A DNA stretch of 64,000 nucleotides from an uncultured Rivularia sp. GTDB taxonomy: Bacteria > Cyanobacteriota > Cyanobacteriia > Cyanobacteriales > Nostocaceae. The notes below the pieces were generated by a model. It had not been told where the DNA came from. It worked only from the letters and a program-made list of their open reading frames with translations, and ran no database searches. Numbering within the stretch: the stretch's first letter is position 1; each line of letters begins with the position of its first letter. Shown piece after piece: positions 11,915 to 22,667 of the stretch. A program made the translations under genes and the position numbers. The stretch covers positions 2,144,001 through 2,208,000 of the forward strand of contig OY762007.1 in assembly GCA_963665115.1 (NCBI GenBank). Direction: 5' to 3'.

Positions 11915-12571
11915 AGGACAATCTTACTTACGTGTATATACTTATTTTTTTAATTAAATTTGGATTAATATTAAATTAATGTTTTTGTCCAAAGTAGAAT
12001 TACGTAAAAATCGACTTTGCCAAAGAAAAATTAATCTTTAGAGTGAAGACAACTTTACAATTCAGATATCATCTAAATAATTGGTAATACTAACAGATAC
12101 CTATCTACATCTGCCTTTAGTTAGACGTAGGGTATAAACCCAATAGCATGAGTATCTATTCGTGGTTTTTCTTCAAGCTATCTTAATATATTGAGTAGAA
12201 TTACGGTGTATTTTGATTCACAAACTAAGATGAATACTGGAAATTGTTAATGGTTATCAATTTTTAATTAAACCTTCATTAGAGAAAATAACTAAAAAGA
12301 GATAATTAATGTTGCCATTGTGGCAGATTTTACAAAAATTAATCTCTCAAAACAAATTAATCAGTAACTGTACGTCAGTAAAAAAAAGATAGATTTGAGG
12401 TCTTATTTTTATCTAGCTGATTAGTTCTACAAGAGTATACTTAGAGATTTCTGATATATTTGAAGATAAAGATAAATATTCTTGAATAAGCGCGATCGCA
12501 CCTCAAGGAATAAGGTATCTAAATCTAAAAAATGTAATTTATGATACCTCTGTTTTATGCGACTAAATCAA

Positions 12572-14741
12572 TTAAAAGTCTCGGAGTGCGAATTCATAGC
12601 GATTTCTTCCAAGATGCTTAGCACGATACATCGCAGCATCAGCTTGTTTTAGTAACATTTCGCAATTGTCAGCAGTATTTGGATAAATACTGATACCGAT
12701 ACTCGCAGAAACTGTGGCACTATGACTTTCCAGAGTAATTGGTTTCTGTAAGACTATTAAGGATTTTGTCCGCGATTTTAGCAGCCACTTGTGGCTTAGG
12801 GATTTTGCGTAAGATAATAGTGAACTCGTCCCCACCCAACCGTGAAACAGTATCGCTACCGCGCAAGCAATTACTAAGTCTTTGAGCGACTGTAACCAAT
12901 AGTAAATCGCCCATTTTATGCCCTAAAGAGTCATTTACCTGCTTAAATCCATCTAAATCGACAAATAATAATGCCAATAGGCAATTACCGTTTTTTGCCC
13001 ATAATAGAGACTCATAAAGTTCTTCAGCAAAAGCTTTGCGATTTGGTAAGCCCGTAAGAGCATCGTGATAAGCTATATAACGCAAATGGTCTTCTTGAAA
13101 TTTACGTTCGGTAATATCACGAATTATTCCCACTAAAAATAAATTTCCTGCTGAATCTTTATGAAGCGAACGTTTGGTAGCAATTAGATGAAGCTTGCCA
13201 TTTATATCCGTCAACTTTTCTTCATTCTCTATAAATTTGTGAGTCTTAAAAACCTGTTCATCATTTTTGATGAAAACATCCGCTTCATGCTTAGGAAAAA
13301 ACTCATAATCGAACTTACCGATTAATTTATTTTGTGGAAAACCGATCAAATTACAGTATGCATCGTTTAAAACAATCCATTGATGCTTTTCGTTTTTAAC
13401 AAAAATGGGATCTGCAACTGTATTGATAACTTGCTGCAAAAAATCTTTAGATCGTTTAAATTCTTCTTGTGTATGAGCAATTTGGCTAGTAATAACGATT
13501 ACTGAAGCAATATAAGTTATTAATGTAGGAATTAAAGGTATCCACCAGCCTTCTAAAAACAAAAGATAGGCACAAACTGTAAAGATAAAACTAATAAATA
13601 ATATTAATAATATGTTCTTACTTGAACTCCTAATCCGCCACCTAGTTATTGCCCCTATATAAGCCCAAATTGCAATGCATAAATATTCTACTGGTTCCGA
13701 CCAAACTCGCAATAATTTTCTTCCCCCAAGTGATGCAGAAATAATTTCATCAATAAAATAAGCTTGCAGTTCTACACCAGCTATAGACTCTGGCTCTCCA
13801 ACCATAAAACTACTTGAGTATGGAATAAATTTTAAATCTAACAAGCTTGGTGCAGTCGAACCGATAAGAACAATACGATCTTTAATCCAGTTTTCAGGTA
13901 GCTTCTTATTCTCATCTAATACATCTTTCAAAGGTATTGTGCGAAAGCCATAAGAACTATCGCCACAGCCTTCAGAGCAAGCTGGCTTAGGAAAGTTAGA
14001 TAAAAACTGATAGCCACCATCATCGGCATTTACATAGCCTCCGTCATTATTTTTAAATCGAATAAATTTAGCTTTACCTAATTGTAAGTATTCAGAATTT
14101 TTTGCATTTTTAGGTACAACATTCTCCTTTTTTAAATAAAGCCGCGCTAATTTCAAGGCAAAGCTTTCGTATTCTTTTTCTTTACCCTCAAGATGAGCGT
14201 ATAGCAGACCGCGACGCACTTTACCATCAGCATCCCGTATCGTGTTATTAACACCTACCTGACCCCTTTTACTTAATACGGCTGGTGGGTTAACCCGACT
14301 GTTTTGACTATCTGAGAGTAATTCAATGCCAATTAAATTCGGCATTGAATTAAATGCTTTCTCAAGTTCTTTTTCACCAGGTGGTACTGCTAAATCTCTA
14401 TAAATATCTAAACCAATAGCACGAGGTTGATAACTATCTATTGTCTGTAACAATTTAGCAATATAGCGGTCGGAAATTGGCGAGCCGAATTTACGTAAAG
14501 AAGCTTCATCTATAGCTACTATGGTAATTCGCTCTTGAGAAGCTTCAATTGGACGCAATTGAAAAAACTGGTCTAAAGTAGCCCATTCTAAAGGTTGTAA
14601 TAATCCCAAGTAGCGCAATATAAGTACGCAAAGTACTACACCAGAAGCGGTAATTAATTCTCTATATCTTCTGAAAATTTTTTGCTGTAGTGCAAAGATA
14701 GATATTTGTAAATCTTTGCCGATTTTTTTTCTTATTCCCAT
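12572..14741 (-). CDS. CHASE2-PAS-GGDEF diguanylate cyclase, C-terminus split by a +1 frameshift at ~12743-12745
   Basis: ITIVAIDE, AIGLDIYRD and DADGKVRR (CHASE2), 3 TM helices, PAS (DPIFVKN), HDALTGLPNR, DLDGFKQVND, RGSD I-site and RLGGDEF. The tail SASIGISIYP..QADAAMYRAK lies in ORF 12572..12835. Confidence 0.9.
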
Positions 14742-14961
14742 TAGCCGAGCGGGAGAAACTTTTTCAAATTAATTAAAACCGATATTTTCAAGGTACTAAC
14801 TGTACTTTGCTGCTAGATATTAAATAAAATCAGACCAAACATCTAAATATATTTTTTTATTAGATGTATGGATGAGAATTAAATTGTTCTAGTTATTTAC
14901 TAAATTTATTAGAGGCGTTTTAGCAGAACATGGTTCCCTAAAGACTTACATCTTTTACATT

Positions 14962-15042
14962 TATAGTCGTTTCAAATAAAAACAGATGGTAGTAGGAGTC
15001 GAACAGCTAACTTTACTACGCAAATTATTTTAAACGACTATA
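14962..15042. repeat. Small inverted-repeat (MITE-like) element
   Basis: TATAGTCGTTTCAAATAA (14962-14979) and TTATTTTAAACGACTATA (15025-15042) are 17/18 complementary. Confidence 0.55.
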
Positions 15043-15552
15043 GTGCAAACGATTATATTTACGAACTAACAGTAACTGTTATTCGTTACCCATAATCATT
15101 GGTTAGTATAAGTACTGATAGCACATAGTTAAATAGTACTTACATAAATAGGCTATCGGCAAGTATTAAATCGTGAATAATTAACATTACACTTTTAGTT
15201 TTTGAGTGATATTTTATACTTATAAACATATTCCGTAGCAGTTTAAAATAATTGCAATTACTGCTTTATTCCTTTATAAACATAGCTTTGAGATAGATGA
15301 TAGCTGAACATACTCTTAAGTATTTAGAACGATAAATACTTTTTACTTATTACAATTAATACTACTAAGAAAAAAATACTGAAATATATAGATTCAACAG
15401 ACATCTATTTTTTAAATCTAGATATGTGTATTGCGACCTTATTCTCAATAATCTTTGATACTTATCCATTAGCAAAACCACATATCTACAAATCGCGGAC
15501 TGACTTGTTCAGCTCTTACTCAGCGACAATAGTAAATATAGTGTTCTAAAGA

Positions 15553-15751
15553 TAAGTAGCTCGGCGTGAATAAATAAAATTATGATTTGTCATTGCGTTA
15601 CCCGAATAGTGAGGCAAGCTGAACATGGAGTGTTCCATTCGAGGGAATGGAGGCACGACGACGCATTCACCTTTATGTGCGGTTCATCCCAATCGTTTTG
15701 AGGTTTTTACTTTTCGTTACATAGTTATATTTATTAGTGCCAACCTACTTA
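15553..15751. mobile_element. Degenerate MITE-like element
   Basis: The ends TAAGTAGCTCGGCG and TGCCAACCTACTTA are imperfect inverted repeats around a ~200-bp core that is more GC-rich than its flanks. Confidence 0.45.
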
Positions 15752-15863
15752 TACGTAATTTTTAGTTAGTTACTAAAAAAAACAATTGGAATAACTTATA
15801 CTGAAATTTCCTTTAAGCCTAAGTACGGGGAATATCAATATAGCACCTGCTTTAGAGATATAG

Positions 15864-15898
15864 AAAAAAGCCAACAAAAGTAGAGACTCCTGTTGACT
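15864..15898 (-). terminator. Intrinsic terminator downstream of the VKOR gene
   Basis: Minus strand: AGTCAACAGGAG-loop-CTTTTGTTGGCT followed by a T6 run. Confidence 0.65.
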
Positions 15899-15946
15899 TA
15901 GAACCTTAATTTTTCGTACCTTTTAAACCAATAGGTCAAAAGATAA

Positions 15947-16972
15947 TTAACGATTCAGATAATACTTGAAATTAGTTGGGCCTTTATAACCAGAAAGTTT
16001 TGCTAGTTCATCAAGATTCTTGGCACCTTGATAGGTTTTTCCGTTTATTTTCCAAGTAGGATAGCTTTGAATCCCAGCTGTTTTACACTCCGGTTTCACA
16101 TTGTTAGGATTATCGGCAGGAGCGCAATCTGTATGGGGAACTTCTTCATAAGCTTCCTTACCAAACAATAGCTTTTGGTCGTGGCAATGAGGACACCACC
16201 AGGCAATATACTCTTTGGCTCCAATATCTTTGAGGTGACGCGCTAATGCTATTTCTGCTTCTCCGGAAGTGGTTGTAACTTCCCAACCAACTCCTGGTTG
16301 AGGAGGATTATCTCTAGTAGGATTAAAAGTGATTTTTCCATCTTCAGCCACTATTGCAGCTTTAGCAGGATCGGTTCCGGGTTCAGATCCATCAGGTGTA
16401 ACACCAGCATAAACGCCTAATGTCCCGATCAGCGTTACCATTCCCACAATAATTGCAGTAAAGAATATTTGCCCTATGTCTTCCCAAATACGGCCAATAA
16501 TTGTTAGCACCAGCATCGTTAAAGAAAACAAAGCCGATGCAATACAGTAGGGACAAAGCGTCTGAATTTTGCTAAATAACACATACATTAAATAGCTGCT
16601 GAAAACCGTCATGGAAATCGAGCCGATCAACAGAAACATCCATGTCAAGTTTTCCAGCTTTAGACGCTGTTCTTTATTTTCTCCGCCTTTTAAAAGTAAA
16701 GGCGCAACAGCAAACACCAGCATACTGAAATATGCGAGAAATCCGAATAACGCTAATGGCTGTCCGAGAACTTCTGCCCAGGGGCTAGAAAGAACGCTAT
16801 TACATCCAGCACCCGTACCCGCACCAGCAGAAGAAGCGTTACAAGCAACTTGTTCTCCACTCAACTTAACTATAGTCAGATAACCCGTTACTAAAGCGCC
16901 GCAGGAAGCGATTCCTGCAATTAATAAGCGAGAGAAACGATGAATCCAAGGAGTAGAACGACGACGAATCAT
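15947..16972 (-). CDS. Vitamin K epoxide reductase (VKOR)-thioredoxin fusion, thylakoid disulfide-bond catalyst
   Basis: C..VLSSPWA, TM helices with CPYC, and a C-terminal Trx-like WCPHC...IQSYPTW. Confidence 0.92.
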   Translation of the reverse strand: MIRRRSTPWIHRFSRLLIAGIASCGALVTGYLTIVKLSGEQVACNASSAGAGTGAGCNSVLSSPWAEVLGQPLALFGFLAYFSMLVFAVAPLLLKGGENKEQRLKLENLTWMFLLIGSISMTVFSSYLMYVLFSKIQTLCPYCIASALFSLTMLVLTIIGRIWEDIGQIFFTAIIVGMVTLIGTLGVYAGVTPDGSEPGTDPAKAAIVAEDGKITFNPTRDNPPQPGVGWEVTTTSGEAEIALARHLKDIGAKEYIAWWCPHCHDQKLLFGKEAYEEVPHTDCAPADNPNNVKPECKTAGIQSYPTWKINGKTYQGAKNLDELAKLSGYKGPTNFKYYLNR

Positions 16973-17232
16973 AAGCTAAAACATTATTAATTGGGATTAA
17001 TATATCGGTTAAAGGGAATAATGTCGGAAGCATTATTCTAAATCTATATACAGTTCCGTAATTAAAATCGGATTGCTATAGCTTAATGTAGTTAAAATTA
17101 AGATTAGCTGCAAGAATCCGAAATTACTTTTAGGTTAACTAGATTTGAAATAAATAACCCTCAAGTATTCAAAAAACAGATTTGTTAATAACTACTACAA
17201 ATGCAAACCACCATTATTCCCAATTTCCGCAT

Positions 17233-18081
17233 TTAAGAATGTCGCTTTAAAGAAGATGCTGATTCGGTTCTCGCTCCTACATTAAAATTTTGCCAAGCAG
17301 CCTCTACAAACTGACTGACACGAATTGGATCTATTGTTTGGTCGCGATTACCGTGGCGTTTCAAAGAACTGGAAACTATTACACCATCAGCAGCTTGCAT
17401 AAGTGTAGCAATATTATCCCAACTAGCTCCACTACCAACAAATACTGGGGTACCTTTTGCTGCTCTTGATGCTAGTTCCAAATCCTCGGGATTCGGAGGA
17501 TCGCCTGTAGCCCAACCCGACAAAATTACTGCATCTGCTAATCCACGCTCAATGGTGTCTTGGACGGCAGTAGTTAAATTGACCGAACCTAAAGGGCGAG
17601 CGTGCTTCACCAATACATCCGCTATAATTTTCACCTCACTACCCAATTCTCGACGGTATCTTAATAATTGGTGCGCTTCTCCTTCGATTAATCCTTGATC
17701 TGTTGCCATTACCCCAGTCAACACGTTAACGCGGATAAATTGCGCTCCAGTACAACTTGCAATAGCGATCGCACTGTGAGCGTCGTTCCGCAATACGTTT
17801 AAACCTATAGGCAAAGTAATCAGATTTTGTATTCGCTGAACTACAACAGTCATCGCACTTACAACCGCCGGATCTACCCGATTCTTAGCAAACGGCGCAT
17901 CAAAAAAATTCTCAACAATAATGCCGTCAATTCCGCCACTAGCGAGGGCGACTGCTTCTTGTTCGGCACGGTCGATTACCGCTTTGAGACTACCTCCCCA
18001 ACGCGGTGAAGTTGGCAGCGGTAACAAGTGAACCACACCAATAATCGGTCTTCGTGTTTTAAATAAATGATATAAATCCAC
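17233..18081 (-). CDS. btpA: Photosystem I biogenesis protein BtpA (probable GTG start at 18081)
   Basis: PIIGVVHLLPLPTSP, IIVENFFDAPF, GLNVLRND and ADVLVKHA. Confidence 0.92.
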   Translation of the reverse strand: MDLYHLFKTRRPIIGVVHLLPLPTSPRWGGSLKAVIDRAEQEAVALASGGIDGIIVENFFDAPFAKNRVDPAVVSAMTVVVQRIQNLITLPIGLNVLRNDAHSAIAIASCTGAQFIRVNVLTGVMATDQGLIEGEAHQLLRYRRELGSEVKIIADVLVKHARPLGSVNLTTAVQDTIERGLADAVILSGWATGDPPNPEDLELASRAAKGTPVFVGSGASWDNIATLMQAADGVIVSSSLKRHGNRDQTIDPIRVSQFVEAAWQNFNVGARTESASSLKRHS

Positions 18082-19020
18082 GTCTTTTTTTTTTACGGAC
18101 TTTGTGTGGTTTCCCCGAACGAACAACGCTCATTTGCGCGAATATCTCATAGAGCAACAGTTAGAGTTGCTACAACCGATATTCCTTCATGTATTCTGTT
18201 TTATAAGCAGAACTCAGAAAATACCGGGCGTAAACCTTTAGTACAGGAATTAACCTTTTCAAACAGTGATTCGTACTCTGCTCGCGCAGGTTTAACCAAG
18301 CAAAAAAACACACGAAGACTATTTTACCTGGATTACCGCTATCTCTTAATCTTCATACAAATAAATTTTTCAATTACTCTTTTTAAGTAGGCGGCAATAT
18401 GGGGGTAATTTTCTTTGTAAAATGCTTATATAAATTAGATAAGATACCTCCTCCTTGAGATGTAATTTGGCAAAAATTTTTTCATAAGATATGTTAAGAT
18501 AAAACTTGATACAAGAGGAGTCTGCCGCTCATCGATGCAGCGGCTTGCAGCTTTACTTATAACAGTGTAAGGCGGCAACGGATACAGGTAATCGCTCGGT
18601 AAAGAGGTAACATTACCGCTGATTAAAGCGTAACTCAGCCTGGGATTACATCATAAGGTAGCGACTTCTCTACATAAACCGACTTTGGTCGGATGCTTCC
18701 TAACGATTAAATCAGTATTGTACGAACTGCGGTAATGTGAAAAACCATTCTTATAACAGTATGTAAAAGAAAAATACAACAGACCGAACAGTAGTGAAAA
18801 CTATTTAATATCTATGTGTAATTAAAAATACATGGGGTACCATAGCACAATCTTCTTAATTCCCGAGATAGATAAAACCGTTATTTATAGTTGGTTTTTA
18901 TCAGGTAAAAAGAGTAGGCTGAGCATCAATGAGTTTTGCGATTTTTTATGGCAAAATTCCGTGACCTCGCCGGCGATCGCTTAAACGTTCAACTCGAAAC
19001 AGCAAAATATCTTTTATAAT

Positions 19021-20343
19021 ATGGGTGATAAGCCAACAATCGCAATTTCTCACCTTGGGTGCGAGAAAAATCGGATTGATACAGAGCATATGCTCGGTCT
19101 GCTGGTAGAAGCAGGTTACGGCGTAGATAGCAATGAAGAGTTAGCCGATTACGTTATTGTCAATACTTGTAGTTTTATCGCAGCAGCGCGAGAAGAGTCT
19201 GTTAAAACTTTAGTAGAATTAGCAGAGGCAGATAAGAAAATAGTAATTACTGGTTGCATGGCGCAGCATTTCCAAGAGCAGTTATTGGAAGAGTTGCCTG
19301 AAGCAGTAGCAGTTGTAGGTACGGGCGATTACGATAAGATCGTAAATGTTCTACAGCGAACCCAGCTTGGCGAACGTGTCAAGGAAGTAAGTGCCGAACC
19401 AACTTTTATTGCCGATGAAAAAACGCCTCGCTATCGGACTACTTCAGAAGGTGTAGCTTACTTAAGGGTTGCTGAAGGATGTGATTATCGTTGCGCGTTT
19501 TGTATAATTCCTCATCTGCGGGGAAACCAACGTTCGCGTACCATTGAATCAATTGTTGCTGAAGCAGAACAGTTGGCATCTCAAGGAGTAAGGGAGATAA
19601 TATTAATTTCCCAGATAACTACAAATTACGGTATAGATATTTACGGTAAGCCGCAGTTAGCAGAATTACTTCGCGCTCTGGGTAAAGTGAATGTACCGTG
19701 GATTAGGATGCATTATGCTTATCCAACGGGGCTAACCCCAGATGTAATTGCGGCTATAAAAGAAACAGAAAATGTTTTACCTTATTTAGATTTGCCATTA
19801 CAGCATTCCCACCCTGAAATTCTTCGCGCAATGAATCGTCCCTGGCAAGGACAGGTAAACGATACAGTTATTGAAAATATCAAGCAGGCATTGCCAAATG
19901 CCGTATTGCGAACAACCTTCATTGTGGGTTTTCCTGGCGAAACAGACGAGCATTTCGTGCATCTACGCCAGTTTGTTGAGCGTCACGAGTTTGACCATGT
20001 GGGTGTTTTCACTTTTTCACCGGAGGAAGGAACAAAAGCGTATAATCTACCGAATCAATTGCCGCAAGAAATAATGGATCGGCGGCGAGATATATTAATG
20101 CAAATTCAGCAGCCAATTTCCCTGAAAAACAATCAACAGGAAGTTGGCAAAGTAGTTGATGTGTTAATTGAGCAAGAAAATCCCATTCGGGGAGAGCTAA
20201 TAGGTCGTTCTAGTAGATTTGCTCCAGAAGTAGACGGACAAATATATGTTCGTGGGGAAGCAAGTTTAGGAAGCATCGTGCAAGTGAAAATTGACGCTGC
20301 GGATGCATACGACTTATATGGTGAAGTCGTAACAGTTTTTTAG
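19021..20343 (+). CDS. rimO: Ribosomal protein S12 methylthiotransferase
   Basis: [31 protein letters not shown] and a C-terminal TRAM domain (APEVDG). Confidence 0.96.
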   Translation: MGDKPTIAISHLGCEKNRIDTEHMLGLLVEAGYGVDSNEELADYVIVNTCSFIAAAREESVKTLVELAEADKKIVITGCMAQHFQEQLLEELPEAVAVVGTGDYDKIVNVLQRTQLGERVKEVSAEPTFIADEKTPRYRTTSEGVAYLRVAEGCDYRCAFCIIPHLRGNQRSRTIESIVAEAEQLASQGVREIILISQITTNYGIDIYGKPQLAELLRALGKVNVPWIRMHYAYPTGLTPDVIAAIKETENVLPYLDLPLQHSHPEILRAMNRPWQGQVNDTVIENIKQALPNAVLRTTFIVGFPGETDEHFVHLRQFVERHEFDHVGVFTFSPEEGTKAYNLPNQLPQEIMDRRRDILMQIQQPISLKNNQQEVGKVVDVLIEQENPIRGELIGRSSRFAPEVDGQIYVRGEASLGSIVQVKIDAADAYDLYGEVVTVF

Positions 20344-20447
20344 CTTTAAATTTTGGCTATTAGTTATCAATTTTGCTGGACTAGTAGGCAAAAAATTAAC
20401 GCAAATGATGATTTATTGAAGATTAAACTTAGAACATAGGAGAATTG

Positions 20448-21974
20448 ATGAGTCTTACTTTTGAAGATTTAGGAATTTCAGAACAACGCCTTGCACAATT
20501 AGAGAAATTAGGTTTTAGCACACCTACAAATATTCAGGAACAGGCAATCCCGCAACTGTTATCTGGTCGCGATGTAGTCGGTCAATCCCAGACTGGAACG
20601 GGTAAAACAGCAGCATTTTCTTTACCAATTTTAGAAAAGCTAGATGCCGATCGCAAAGCAGTACAGGCAGTAGTTTTAGCTCCAACTCGCGAGTTAGCAA
20701 TTCAGGTTCATAGTGCTGTTTCTGAGTTTGTCGGCAGTCAAAGATTGAAAATATTGGCAATTTATGGTGGTCAATCAATTGACCGTCAAATGATGGCGCT
20801 TAAGCGCGGCGTTCACGTTGTCGTAGGAACTCCTGGACGAGTAATTGATTTACTAGATCGGGGTTGTTTGAAGCTCGACCAGGTGAAATGGTTTGTATTG
20901 GATGAAGCTGATGAAATGTTGAGCATGGGCTTCATTGACGACGTAGAAAAAATTCTTTCACGGGCACCAAAAGAACGTCAAACCGCGCTATTTTCGGCAA
21001 CAATGCCTCCGTCAATTCGCCAGTTGGTGAATAAATACTTAAACGATCCCGTAACAGTGACGGTTCAACAGCCAAAAGCGGCTCCGAATAAAATCAATCA
21101 AGTCGCTTACTTGATACCGCGTCATTGGACGAAAGCAAGAGCTTTGCAGCCGATATTAGAGATGGAAGATCCCGAAACGGCGTTAATTTTCGTTCGTACC
21201 CGACGCACCGCAGCAGAACTAACAAATCAGTTGCAAGGAGCAGGTCATAGCGTAGATGAATATCATGGCGATTTGTCCCAGCAAGCGCGGGAAAGATTAT
21301 TAGGACGCTTCCGCAATCATCAAGTTCGCTGGGTTGTAGCAACTGATATTGCTGCAAGAGGTTTGGATGTTGACGAACTTACCCACGTGATCAACTTTGA
21401 TTTACCTGATAGTGTAGAAACTTACGTTCACCGTATTGGTCGTACTGGTAGAGCCGGAAAAGAAGGAACCGCGATTTCTTTGGTACAGGCATTCGAGCGA
21501 CGCAAACAGCAAGTTATCGAACGCCATAACAAGCAGAGCTGGCAAATGCTTTCGATTCCAACCCGCGCTCAAATTGAAGCCAAACAGTTGGAAAAACTGC
21601 AAGTTCAGGTTAAAGAAGCTTTAAGTGGCGAACGTTTGGCTTCATTTTTACCGATAGTGCGCGAACTAAGTGAAGAATATGATGCTCATGCGATCGCAGC
21701 AGCAGCATTACAAATTGCTTACGATCAAACCCGTCCGGATTGGTTAAAAGCAGACAGCATACCCGAAGAGGATGCAAAGAATTTTGCTTCACCAAAACCC
21801 AAACTACGTGGTGGTGGATCGCGTCGCTCAAATGGGGATAGAGGTCGTCGTTGGTCGGAAGGCAAAAATAGAGATGGAAAACGTGGTGGCAATGGCGGTG
21901 GTGGTGCAACCTCCAAGCCAAAACTAAAATCAAACCATCGGGAAACATCTTCTAGTGCTGCAAAAGAATCATAA
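20448..21974 (+). CDS. crhR: DEAD-box RNA helicase (CrhR/CrhB type)
   Basis: TGTGKT, PTRELA, LDEADEM, SAT, ARGLD and HRIGRTGR. Lies directly downstream of rimO, with an AGGAG RBS. Confidence 0.9.
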   Translation: MSLTFEDLGISEQRLAQLEKLGFSTPTNIQEQAIPQLLSGRDVVGQSQTGTGKTAAFSLPILEKLDADRKAVQAVVLAPTRELAIQVHSAVSEFVGSQRLKILAIYGGQSIDRQMMALKRGVHVVVGTPGRVIDLLDRGCLKLDQVKWFVLDEADEMLSMGFIDDVEKILSRAPKERQTALFSATMPPSIRQLVNKYLNDPVTVTVQQPKAAPNKINQVAYLIPRHWTKARALQPILEMEDPETALIFVRTRRTAAELTNQLQGAGHSVDEYHGDLSQQARERLLGRFRNHQVRWVVATDIAARGLDVDELTHVINFDLPDSVETYVHRIGRTGRAGKEGTAISLVQAFERRKQQVIERHNKQSWQMLSIPTRAQIEAKQLEKLQVQVKEALSGERLASFLPIVRELSEEYDAHAIAAAALQIAYDQTRPDWLKADSIPEEDAKNFASPKPKLRGGGSRRSNGDRGRRWSEGKNRDGKRGGNGGGGATSKPKLKSNHRETSSSAAKES

Positions 21975-22103
21975 TCTTAAATTTAGATTTGGTCTTCTTG
22001 TAGAAGAATAATCTCTACTGGTTATTTGATTTGATATTTCATATAGAGCAAAACTAGTAGAGAAATCAAAAATTCATCCCTAAATTGGATGAAATTATCA
22101 AAT

Positions 22104-22233
22104 ATATCAGGTTCGTTTGATACTTAAGTTATTGACAAGGCTGTTAAAAACTGATATCTAGCGGGAAAAATTTGAACGGTTATTAGTTGAACTACAACCG
22201 AAGATAAATGTAGAAATCAATCGAACTTGATAT
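22104..22233. mobile_element. Small MITE-like element
   Basis: ATATCAGGTTCGTTTGA (22104-22120) and TCAATCGAACTTGATAT (22217-22233) are 15/17 complementary. Confidence 0.5.
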
Positions 22234-22422
22234 TTAAAAAAAATTAAGCCAAGCGTGTTAAATCGCAAAGCAACTGGTTTCAATGCAAGCTTCATACTTC
22301 TGCATAGTTCAGAAGTAACTTAGAAGAAAGCAATGGAGCCAGTTATTGTTTTATAAGAAAGAGTTAGGAGTAGAGAGTAGGGAGTAGGGAGTTAGGAGTT
22401 AGGAATTTCAAATAAATTAACT

Positions 22423-22619
22423 ATCAGGAGCGTTCGCATCTTGCTAGTTACCACCAGGGAGCGAGACGCTCCCACTACATTTTTATTCCCGATCAAAATC
22501 AGGAGTGTTCGCATCTTGCGTAGCTAATTACCACCAGGGAGCGAGACGCTCCCACTACATTTTTATTACCCATCAAAATTAATGTGGTGGAATATCAGGG
22601 AGCAAGATACGAACATTAC
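22423..22619. repeat. Tandem ~75-80 bp duplication containing the REP-like palindrome GGGAGCGAGACGCTCCC, plus a partial third copy
   Basis: Copies at 22423-22497 and 22498-22578 share TTACCACCAGGGAGCGAGACGCTCCCACTACATTTTTATT exactly. Confidence 0.85.
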
Positions 22620-22667
22620 GAAAATTAATTACAACAAATACATCTTTAACCTTTAACCTAACAATTA

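Noticed and set aside
18106..18390. 94-aa ORF and similar short ORFs (29098..29337, 54669..54854, and the many antisense ORFs inside genes)
   Set aside because: No motifs or RBS; they are shadows of real genes or of repeat DNA.
22423..22619. Possible mini-CRISPR array
   Set aside because: The intervening sequences are themselves near-duplicates, so it is a tandem duplication without unique spacers.
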